From positions 186,001 to 250,000 of the forward strand of contig NEEC01000025.1 in NCBI GenBank assembly GCA_002189035.1: 64,000 nt of DNA. The letters run 5' to 3'. Each line of letters starts with the position of its first letter. The first letter of the stretch is position 1. Positions 53,340 to 64,000 of the stretch are shown one piece after another. A program made the translations under genes and the position numbers. Source of the DNA: Utricularia gibba. Its lineage: Eukaryota; Plantae; Magnoliophyta. The notes beneath the pieces are model-generated. The model was not told the DNA's origin. It made no database searches and was given only the letters and a program-made list of their open reading frames with translations.

Positions 53340-54008
53340 ACATCCAAGTTCGTGTTCTATTTTCTGACCTTCTTTTGTGGGATCTCTGATCACAGGAAAA
53401 TGACTTTATTGTAACATTACTTGGATGGTGTTTGCATCTCTCAAGTGAATTGATTTCCTGCACACCTCTTTTGCTGATCTTTGGGTTTCACTGCACCCCA
53501 CATTCACCATCTCTTAGCAGCATCCAAAGAGCTGAACTTTTTTGTAGATTGCTGCTGTGCATCGTTTGATCTTGTTGAATTTTTGGCAGCATGGAGATGA
53601 GGACCCTGAATCCTGATACATATGTTCATCAGCTGAGCTCTCGAGAACATGATAGTTTAGTTTTTGTCAGACCTGTCGAGATCCTTGCGTCTGGTTTCCG
53701 GCTGTGAATTTGGATGTACATAGAATTGATGCCAGATGCCATTCTCTTTTGAAGGAAACGCAAACAATGACTAACAGATCTTGACTCTTCACATGATCCG
53801 TATCAAAATTTCAAACTTGTCGCCTTCCGGTATCTAGTTTTAAAAGTCCGCTTTAATTTACAGGAACTATTGCAAAAGTCTACCCAATAACAAAATCACA
53901 AGGGTTTCCCCTAAATCATGTGTTAGTAGTGCAAGGCCCACCAGAAACAGTCGGTGGGGTTGTAATGAAGGTGAAGGCAGCGATGTCTGCACTGGAGAGC
54001 ATCTTCAT
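53340..54008 (-). pseudogene. Possible decayed gene of unknown family
   Basis: ATG 54008 MKMLSSADIAAFTFITTPPTVS, a 62-nt GT-AG intron, then transit-peptide-like DFCNSSCKLKRTFKTRYRKATSLKF interrupted by TGA at 53803-53805. Further segments contain stops. Confidence 0.25.
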
Positions 54009-54154
54009 AGCATTAACAAAAAGGGTCAAAAAACCAACCACCCAATTGAATGCTCGCTCTACTCTTGTCGTTGACACAAGCATAAGCTGCTAAAACCACA
54101 AGCTTTTTCCTTTCTTGAGATTCAATTGTCTTTCAGGCGAATCTGTTTGCCGAA

Positions 54155-54908
54155 ATGAGAGACGAAGAGGCCCAGAAGCTCGAAGCATCTTTTGGGCGAC
54201 GGAGCAGTTCTTTTTCAGGAGGAGCAAGTGGCGTTTCATCGGAGAAACAAGGATTTGGACTTGGGAGAGACAGTTACAAGTTGTGGGCTTTGGCTGCTTT
54301 GATTTTTCTTGCTCTTTGTTCCCTCTATACTGCTTCCGTCACTCTGAAATGGTCTGCTGCTGCTTTGAAACACGATTTCGACCCCTCCATCAATGGCGAT
54401 CATGATATTCTTGTAATAAAAATCGTTTCTTTTTATTTTGTTAAATCTTATACGGATCGAAGATGAAATGGGTTGATTTGATTGATTGGTTTTTGCAACT
54501 CCAGTTCATAATACTTCCGGTGATGCTTTGTTGTGGGGTTGCAGGATATGGATGAGAGGACAAAGCTGGTGAAGCTAATGTGGAATGTTTACACGCAAAA
54601 CAACATTGCGAGGTTATCCTACTTCTGGAGAGATGCATTTGGAGCAGCTTATCAAGAACTAACCAGTGATATACAAGATGTAAGGGAAGAAGCTTTTCTT
54701 GAGATCGCCAAAATGTCATTCAAATCAAGAGGTGTTCATCATTCAACTCCAAGGTTTGTAGATCCCTGGCTTACTGTTACCAGTGTCTGTATTTGAAGTT
54801 GATTGATTTATTTCTAACCTCTGGTTTCCTTCATGTTGTTGTACAAGCAGAGCACTCAGATCCCAGGTTAGACTGGATATCTCTGGGAGGAAGACGATGA
54901 AGCTTTGA
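54155..54908 (+). CDS. DUF1195-family single-TM protein
   Basis: GRDSYKLWALAALIFLALCSLYTASVTLKWSA, DHDIL-DMDERTKLVKLMWNVY, FWRDAFGAAYQELTSD...EIAKMS. Last exon approximate. Confidence 0.87.
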
Positions 54909-55295
54909 TTGTGCATTCCATTTTCTATGCATGAGTATCTTGAAGTAAGTTGAAACACCTCAAATGCCATTGGCACACATTCTGCTCCTGGAACACCAAG
55001 GGCCATCAGAATTTTGCGCATTTTGCAAGTCATGGATATCAATGAAGAAACGAACAGCTTGCATCTTGAAAAAAAGATTTACAAAATCCAGTACAATGGA
55101 GGCAGGATGATAAGTTAACCCAAAATGGTAGATAAGCAGCTAAACAGCCATCAACCAGAGACATGAATGATGGCTTAACAAAACTGGTCGAGGTTTGTTT
55201 GCATGTTCAAAAACCTCTGTTTTTTTCCCCTCTCAACTCCAGGTGAAACGCAATGTACATTCATCATTTACAACTCTGAGTCCTCTTTACCTTGT

Positions 55296-58200
55296 TCAGT
55301 CATCCACCGTCTGAATCTCACCCATCATGATCCTGTTGCTAACCACATTGAACCCCAAAATGGAGGGGCTCACTTTTTTCCCTTTCTTTCCCTTCTTTTT
55401 CCCTCGACTATTTGCATCCCAGTCGACATCCAACTGATCAGAAGCCCTGTTTTCGGGAGGTGCAATAGTGGGGTTCTTTTCAATGTTCCGATTCTTGAAG
55501 GCAGCTTCAACAGCATCAGCGGGCAAAAAATCTTTGTAATTCAGGAACTTGTCAATGAACTCATGGTTTGGGTCCACGGATGCAAGATTCTCTATGAGCA
55601 GTGTTTCAGCTTCGGATCGTGATATCTTCAAGCAATATTCCAGGATACTAGTATCTGGGCAACAACAAAACCACATTTAATGGATGGTGTATTACATTAA
55701 ATCTGGTAAAACTCTAAAAAGCTTACAACTTCCTCAATAACTCTAAAAAGAAAAAGAAAGGAATGAAACGGAGAACAAACCTACAGACGCAAAAGGAAAA
55801 TATACCTTTTGAGCCAATGAGCCTGATACACTCACTTTCACACCATTTCTTGAAGTCCAAGGCCTCTGCCAACACACAAATCACTTTCTATTTTCACCAC
55901 CGACGGAATAGCATGGGCAATAACAGCATACAGAGAATTTCTAAATGGCTGACCTGAATGCTTACTCGAGGTAGCCTTCTTCCCTGCCTGCAAAGATTGA
56001 GAAGCAGAAAAGGATGAAATAGAAGGCTCGGGAAACTTTCCTGCAGTAGACTTCTTCTGGTTGAGAGGCCCTCCAAGAGTTACCTTAGAGGCAGTGCCTT
56101 TACCCACCAAACTAACTTGTGCCCCAAGTTCGGGAAAATTCGACCTAGAAGAAACACAGAACAGTTAAACCACATATTGCAAGCGCTTTGGAGGAAAAAT
56201 TAGCTGTTAACTATGTTTGAGCACATGAAAAATGCTTGCGGTGTAATCACCATGAAAATTCGTAGAATTCAAGAATCTTACTTCTTATCCTCACGACGTG
56301 GTTGTTCTAATGGCTCCCAGAACAAATCAGAATCAGCATTCTGTTTTGGATTAGAACCTGACGGAAAGCTGGTTTGCACTGGAGATGCAGTTTTTATTGG
56401 ACGGTTTATTGTAGGCTTTGGAGTCGGCACTGGAAGCGGAGAAGATATTTTCTTTTCTTGCTCCTTCAAGATATCCCTCAATGACGCTGGCTTCGGAGTT
56501 TTCCCCTGGTTGGCAGACCACACAGGGACGGGTGGGCTAGCAGGCTCACCCTTCCACAGGACAAAATCTCCCAAGGAAGGACCAGAAGGGATAGCAGAAT
56601 GCACTTCGTTTCGCTGCTGCATTTGAAGAGTATATTTACCCTTTTCAACAGGGCTTGATCCAACAGGCATGTCCACGGCAACAGATGAAGCCTTTGCAAC
56701 TGCAGGCTTAGCCTTAGCAGACTTCTTACGGCCTTTTTTAGTATCTTTTGCTTCAATAAAGTCATTTTCAACAGATGAATCAGCTTGTAAACTCACATTG
56801 GACAGCAAACGTTCCAATGCTCTATCACCTGTTTTTTCAGTACCGCTATCCCAAAACAGATCATCTTCCAGGGTCTTCTTATTTGACAATGCTGTCAAAT
56901 TATCCGAGTTGACAAGATTTAACTTCAATCCCAAAGACTTCTGCTCAATTTCATTTGAAAGTTTACGATCTGGATTTAAGACTCCAGTCCAGGGACTGGA
57001 GATACTTGTGGAGCCTGCAGGTGCGGAGATCTCAGGTTTCCTGATCTCTAGTTGAGATCTCCTCTGCTCTTCCTCTTGTATTTCTAGCAAAGACTTTGGC
57101 CTGAAATCAGGAGCATGTTTCCACGCATTTCGTCCAACTTGCAAATGTGCTTCTTGAGGCACAGTTTCCACATCAAGAGTCATGCTGACATTTGCATCAG
57201 CGGTTTTTCGAACCATCTGAAAATCTAAATCATCCAACACCTTCTCAGCCTCAGTGTTTTCAGAAAAAGAAGGCACAAGTAAATCTTCTTGTAAAGATAA
57301 GGACTCAGATTTCCCATCGCAATTGGTAGCTTCAACTTCTGATGCCATGGACATATTTGCCTTAGTCGTACTCCTAACTGTATCAATAGAATTTTTTGAA
57401 GACTTCTGCTTTCTAGATTTCTTATCTGAAGATTTCTTACCTTCATGTGCCTGTGCATTTTTTATTTCTTTACGCAATGGGGAATCACTGACCTTTTGCT
57501 CCTTGGCAATATTTGGTACTTCAGACGTTTTGGACACCACCTCCAATGTGTCACTAACTTGTTGAACGACTATATCCTTATCAATTGATGGTTCTTGAGG
57601 CACAGCTGACTCAACAGAACTCTCTTCACTGAAAAAACTTGATCCTGTGAGGGAATTATCCACTTGAGCAGAGTTTAATGTCTGATCCAACACAGACTTA
57701 TTCTTTGTAGCAGATAGTATTTCCGGATCAAATGATTTTCGTATCCCTGGAATCTTCTGTTCCTCATCAATCTGCACAGTCGGAGTAGCACTCCAGCTGT
57801 CCTGCTTCTCACTGTTTTCCTGAATATGATGTAGTGAACGCATGACTTCAAGACCAGCATTAAGGCTAATATCATGAGAAACAGAAGGGTACACTAAATT
57901 AGTGGCATTTACATCACTAAATGGGTTTGATGCTGCTGATTGTGAAGAAATCTGACTCAGATCATGTTGATTTTGGAACTGACTGTGATCTGAAGTTGGA
58001 ATACCGACAGATAAAACACCCTGTTGCTGTGTCAGTGATGCATCACCAAGTATCTGGTTATTATGTTGCTCAGAGATCAGCTGAGACAGCAGTTGCTGCT
58101 GCTGGCGCATTAAATGCAGCTCTTCCTGTTTCTGTTGTTGATTTAACAGCAGTAGTTTTTCCAAGAATGACAACTGCTGTGACTGAACAGGGGCATGTGA

Positions 58201-61200
58201 ATGCGATTGCAGCAGGTACTGTTGCTGCAAAGCCAACAGTTTTTCAGGAGCTAATCCCACCGGTGAATTACCTGCAGGGGGTGTTAAAAAGGGACTCATG
58301 GCTTGATTGTGTGAATGTAGCCTTTGTTGCTGTATCCCAAACGCAGCTTGCATAGGCAAACCATGAGTTTGCTGAACATCCAATTTCTCCGGGTGTAGGT
58401 CTGAACCTCCCTGAATGAGGAAAGGTACTCTGCCACTGATTCCAGTATTAACCACTGATGCAGGTCTATCAACCAACGTAGGATGTGCCAGTGGTTCCAT
58501 ATTTTGAGGAAGTTGTGGCTGAACATTGTCAAAGTTAGATGACAAAAGCTTAACTTGGGCAGCTGAGGTCTCATTGGCACCTTCAGTACTCAAAGATAAC
58601 GAGGCAGCATCTATAGCTGGCCAAAGTGGATATGGATTCTGCAGAGATTTCTGCCTTTCAAGCATTAGTTTCTGGATTCTGTGTGGATCATCTCCGCTGC
58701 TCGGTGCCAAAGAAGGCATTGAAAAAGAATTCTTCACACCATAACTATGGATACCTGCAGAAGATATGAATAAACCATCAAGAATATGCAGCGAAGGCTG
58801 CAATAAGGGAACACACAATACATGGCAGTCTGAAATTTGACGATTCCTTTTAACCACTGATTCATGCAACAACAAAAAAAAGACTAACCACCTGATGGAT
58901 GCAGCGTCTCTACAGGTAATGCACCAGGAACACTACCACCCATCAGAGACTCAAGAAATCTGTTTTCAGCCTCAGTTGACGATGCACACTTATATCCTGA
59001 ATCATTTTTCAAAAGATTTGCCTCGCTTTCAACAAGGAACTTCCCATGAGTGCTGTGATTTAATTTACCAGATAACTCTTGGATCTCATTTGGCTTGCCC
59101 GTGCTAAATCCAGGAGGTGGTCGAGCTTTTAATTTCAAGTGTGGCATCACATCACCAAGTAGGGAGAATGGTGAATCAACCGATGAACTGGTCAAACGAA
59201 CTTGCAAATCTAGGCCAAAATATCCAGACTCAAACCACGTTATGATATCACTTCCAGAAAATGGGCCTTGGATATCACCCTGCGGATCCTTATAAAAAAG
59301 AATCATATCTTCTGGAGATGTCTGGGAAGAGTTAGGTTGATCCCTAGCCTTTCCAAACGATGCTGATGGCTGCATTCTCGTTACTGGGCTTCCACCGACT
59401 GGCCATTTGGTTTCTCCAATCCTGGTGTTTGTAAAATCCATTGCATTAGTTTCCCATGCACTGTTAGATCTCCCATGAACATCAGCAGCTGGAATAGGGA
59501 CTGGATGTGAACGTTCACGAAATGATGAAGACGGTACTGCACCACTGTGAAGAAATGAAGAGTTTCCAGGAGCCGTAAACCCCCTGCTTCAGGAAAATCA
59601 TTATTTCTTACACGAACAGAACTACCTTCAACAAGAGCTGCAAATAAAAATTGCAAAACCGATAAGCAATGCATTCTACTCATGCCATGATGTTTACTTG
59701 ATTAAAATGTGAGCTGTAGCAGATCGATTTTTCCAATTTATTTTAGAAAAAACAAGGCTGACACAACAGGCAGCAAGATATACCATCTAGAATTGGCTAA
59801 CATAAATGGATAGTCCGCATTACCTTCAGAAGTCAACTTAAGATCTGCCGAGGATTGTGACTCCAGCACAGTCCCTCCTCTTGAACTTGACCAACCATGG
59901 TTCTGCTTTTCATGGGAAGACCCATCGGGATGGTCCCATGTTTCATCTTTTGTGTCATCAAGAGACGATGGTAAATCATCTTTATTTCCTGTGTGTATCA
60001 ACCAACACATCAGGTTAAAACATGAACTAATAACCAATACAAACTGCACGGCAGCATAAAAAAACGTTTAAAGTTTAATGCAGCATTACCATGCCACTGG
60101 GCCGCTGGCTTATTCATTTTTGGTGCGCCACTGCTACTGATTTCCCCTTTGTCTATTCCCGAAAATACAGCCTGCACAGAGATTTGCATGTCACATTATG
60201 AACTACAGAGTTATCGAAAGCACAGAATTAGAACAATGGATAATTGAAATTACTAGTTCTTGAGGACTTGGTGTACAAAGAGCTAGAGGTTCTACGGGCA
60301 TGTCCAGCGTGATTGATGGTACTTGGATAGCATCCAGTAGAAACTTTTTGTGACTCAGAACATCCGTTGTCCTGAAGACATCAATTAACTTTGTCCTACT
60401 ATAACAGAGAGGATAGGGCGGCGCTCCATGGTCACTTTCAACTTTTGGTGACTGCATGTTTCCAAAAGAGGGGTAAAAGAGATGTCCCCAGAGGTGAACC
60501 TCCCCCTTCCAATAGAAAAGTTAGAAGAAGCGGTTTCTCCACGCCCTAGAGCATGTGAATGCGTTGGAACATGCTTGCTAGGGGTTGAAATCGGGTGATT
60601 AACATCTGAACGACCCCGTCCATATGAAGAGTTACCCCGCCATGGTCGATAGAGTTCCCCTTCTCTTTCTTCTTTACCATGAAGCAGCAGATGGGAAGGT
60701 CTATCATGAAGCGTGTCATCTTCATTTGTTACATCCCCCACTTTTCATGCACAGTGGAAGTTTCCTTCTCATCACGCCCCCAGCGTGTGTTCCACTTGCT
60801 TTCACGGCGTTGATCATGGTTATCCCTGTTCCCTGAATCAGAGCGTCGCTCACCAGGGGCACGGCGTGCTTCCCCATATTGCCTTATAGGCAAATCACCT
60901 TTTCTGGCAACCCTGCGTGCATCAGAATACTCTCTCTCCCCCTCTCGCCACTGGTCTTTGCGAATAGAGAAATTAGCACCTCTTTCATCATCTCGCCAAC
61001 GGTCCCAACGGGCTGCCTTCGCATCCAGGACAGAGGGACGGAAAACATCCTTCTTCTCATGGTTCTCATCACTATCATTCACTATTCCAGATAATTTTGC
61101 TGCATCCTGGTGGGCACACCCCGGAAACAGAGTAGATCATCAAATAAAGATTGAAGGAATCTCTTTGTGCATCTCCAGAACATAGGAAACATCCAAAAAA

Positions 61201-62022
61201 GGTTAAACAAGCTGAAACAAACCTCAACAACCATTCCAGCCTTGTTATCACCCGTTTTAGTCAAAAGCCACTGAGGCAAAAGCGGTACCGCATTGCTTGA
61301 TTTTTGAACATCTTTATTTCAATACAAAGGAAAAAAACAAGAAGGTTATAGCAGCTTCAAAAGAAACAACAATGGAAATAATAAAGTGATGCAACAACAT
61401 CACATACATCTTCACATTACTTCCAGAAGGAACACCAAACTATCATTAATCTTGTGAAAAAAACAAAAAGCAAACATGGAACGAGAAAAAGCATATTAGC
61501 AAGAGCACTGTATCCAACGCATAGCCCAATAATCCCATAGAATAAATTTACAAAAAAACTGTACCCACAGGAAACTTCAATAAAATTTTGAAACTGTTAT
61601 TTTTATCATTTTACACACACTGAAAAACTTGGGACGAGAAAAAGCATTAGAAGACATGAAGCGCTGAAGACTACACTGAAATTTTCCAAATTTAGTTCAA
61701 TCAGAAGTTTTTACGTGGTGGAAGCACACTTCCACCAAAAACATTAGCTTTCTCAGATAAGGATATGATTGGAAGGATCAAATTTAACCAACCCAAAAGC
61801 AGCAATACAAAAGGCATAACCTCCTTATCGCCCAAGACAGATAACCTCCATATGAAATGGGTTACTCAACGAGGAGAAAACGACGCCACCGAACCCACAC
61901 CCAAATTGGGAATTTAGGGTTTCTCACAGACACCACAGATGGATTACAAAAACTAAGAAAAAAAAACACTAACCTCTACCGATCTGGTCGGAGCCAGAAC
62001 CGAGTTGCGATTCGTCAGCCAT
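55296..62022 (-). CDS. EXA1: GYF-domain protein EXA1/PSIG1/MUSE11 (GIGYF-like translational regulator)
   Basis: DVQ...VPLLPQWLLTK, KKDVFRPS...RWRDDER, RRESKWNTRWG, eIF4E-binding YxxxxL motif (YSRTKLI), GYF domain LFYKDPQGDIQGPFSGSDIITWFESGYFGLDL, KPKSLLEIQ, DFKKWCESEC and C-terminus VVSNRIMMGEIQTVDD. Confidence 0.94.
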
Positions 62023-62277
62023 TGATCCACAAAACGCGAAATTCCTTGAGCACACTGAAATGCGATTAACTCCTCGAGCGACCGTGGGCAGGGAGGTTCG
62101 AGTGTAGGGCAAACAGCAGCATAAATCAGCAAATCGCAAGGGTAGGTAATTACGTGGCCCCCACCGGCTCACATTAGCACGTCCTGCGCACTGGACAGAG
62201 CGTGGCTTCACTCTCCATCTTGTAATTACGCTTTTAGCCTTCAGACGGCGTCGGTTCAGTTCCGCCTGAATTTGGGC

Positions 62278-62312
62278 GCGGGAAAATTTCTCCATCGCCG
62301 CTGATTTGCCGC
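62278..62312. promoter_or_regulatory. Two E2F consensus sites in the EXA1/dUTPase divergent promoter
   Basis: TTTCCCGC on the minus strand (62278-62285) and TTTGCCGC on the plus strand (62305-62312), both matching TTTSSCGC, about 90-120 bp upstream of the dUTPase ATG. Confidence 0.7.
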
Positions 62313-62400
62313 TAAAACGTGAATGTTCGCTGCAAGTATAAGGGTTTTTCATCTTCCCTGCAGGGCTCATTTGCCTTTCTTGAAAGTTTCGACCTTGGCA

Positions 62401-63270
62401 ATGGAAGATGGCACCCAGTTGGTTTCTAGGGCGTCACAATGCCCAAATGGTAATCATTTTTGCTTAGTAGCGTAGCTTCTCTGGTTTTCATCGTTGCTGA
62501 AGTGTAGAAAGTGTAGCATGGAATAAAAATGTCGACTCTCTCTTTCTTTCTCTATGTGTGTATATAGGGGCAGAAGCACCCACTGGTGATGCTGATGAAA
62601 TCAAGGAACCTCCCAGTAAAATTCAGAAGCTCCATCAACAATTTTTTCGGGTCAAAAAGCTCTCCGAGAACGCCATTTTGCCGTCAAGGGGTTCCCCTCT
62701 TGCTGCTGGATATGACCTTTACAGGTACATGTAGTTCAAGTAAATGGATAAAAAACTTATCTTCACTGTAAATGGGCTCCATTCCTTAAAGCAAAAGAGA
62801 AAAGGGAAAACCCCAGTGCTGGATTATAACCCTTTATTCTAACTTCCAGTGCAGCTGACACCATCGTCCCCGCCCGAGGCAAGGCCCTGGTACCCACTGA
62901 TCTGAGCATCGCCATCCCTGAAGACACTTACGCCAGAGTTGGTAAATAATGCATAAAACCCTCTGCTCTTCCTCTGGCTTATCTCATCTTATACATCCCT
63001 TTGGCAATGTTTTGGCTACCGGAAGCACCCCGGTCGGGCTTAGCATGGAAGCATTCGATCGACGTGGGCGCCGGTGTAATTGACGCCGACTACAGGGGGC
63101 CTGTTGGGGTGATTCTGTTCAACCATTCCGATACAGACTTCAACGTGAAGGCTGGTGACCGGGTCGCGCAGATGATCATTGAAAAGATTGTAACTCCTGA
63201 GATTCTGGAAGTGGATGATCTTGATGCAACTGTTAGGGGGGATGGAGGCTTCGGATCCACAGGCGTATAA
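62401..63270 (+). CDS. DUT: dUTP pyrophosphatase
   Basis: Exons 62401-62449 (inferred), 62568-62724, 62850-62941, about 63026-63270. [56 protein letters not shown] and P-loop [10 protein letters not shown]. Confidence 0.93.
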
Positions 63271-64000
63271 CCAACCGGCTACTTGAATTTCACTTTGCTC
63301 TGTTCTTTTGTTGTCATGTGATGTGATCATCTCTGCACTGTAATCCGTGTGAAGTGGGCCTCATATGAGACGACTTCACTTCATAGTGTACTTGAACCCG
63401 TTTTGGCCCACGTTTCCGGCCCAAATTTATTCCCTCGTTCTGTCGAAGTTGGGCCCAAACCACACCAATGGGAGTGCAAAATTTCGTGTTTGTTAAATGG
63501 AATAAAAATTATTAAAATTGAAAGTTGATATTTCTAAGTTTTAGAGTATGTAAATCTCATTACCAAACACACTCTAAATGAATTTCAGTAACTTTAGGTT
63601 CGTCATCGTATTGACAAATATAGCATTGAGATTATTTCACTTTGTAGCTATAGTTGAATCAAGGTTGGATTTTCAATCCAATTCCAATTCAAACATCCTT
63701 ATTTTTAAAAGTGTATTTTAGAAAATTGGCTATATAATCTTTCTCTTTTATACACTACGATCAGAATTTTATAGATACGTAGGTTATTTTTCTCATACAT
63801 TCAAAAAACATTATCCATTTCTACAATGCATACTAAGGTATTATAATATGAATATGATGTATATTTGATAGTTGGTGTAGTCAACAAAATAAAATTACTA
63901 AACTCAAAACTACATCAAACTATCTCCCAAACATATTCTAAGTGGAAACTACTAAATACAACGAACTTTTGAAATCTTGAATTAGACCCTTTTTTTTCGA

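Overview
This is plant nuclear DNA from a eudicot, not prokaryotic: I found no CRISPR array, rRNA, tRNA or autonomous transposon. The window is very compact, with 26 recognisable protein-coding genes in 64 kb (about one per 2.5 kb), introns mostly 60-120 nt and very short intergenic gaps. That is consistent with a miniature genome such as Lentibulariaceae (Genlisea/Utricularia), but this is inference only. Gene order: FTSHI2 (3' part), GID8-like, PWI/RRM protein, makorin, PSRP2 pseudogene, RING E3, bHLH10/89/91-type, NDUFAF3, eIF4G relic, SYP132, AMP1 (1-bp frameshift), an unresolved spliced region, a conserved unknown protein, THA8-like PPR, BUBR1, lumazine synthase (with a partial self-duplication), JINGUBANG-like WD40, DJC76, DA1/DAR1, PQ-loop transporter, RMA-type RING, GGPPS, thaumatin-like, RCE1, BZR1/BES1, ssSPT, DUF1195, EXA1 and dUTPase. 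I assembled exons by hand from GT-AG signals and remembered homologue sequences. No database search was run, and Arabidopsis locus IDs are from memory and need checking. I found no convincing novel multi-gene system. The best leads are the frameshifted AMP1, the decayed PSRP2 and eIF4G copies, two U12-type introns, two divergent start codons only 81 bp apart, and two unidentified spliced gene-like regions.
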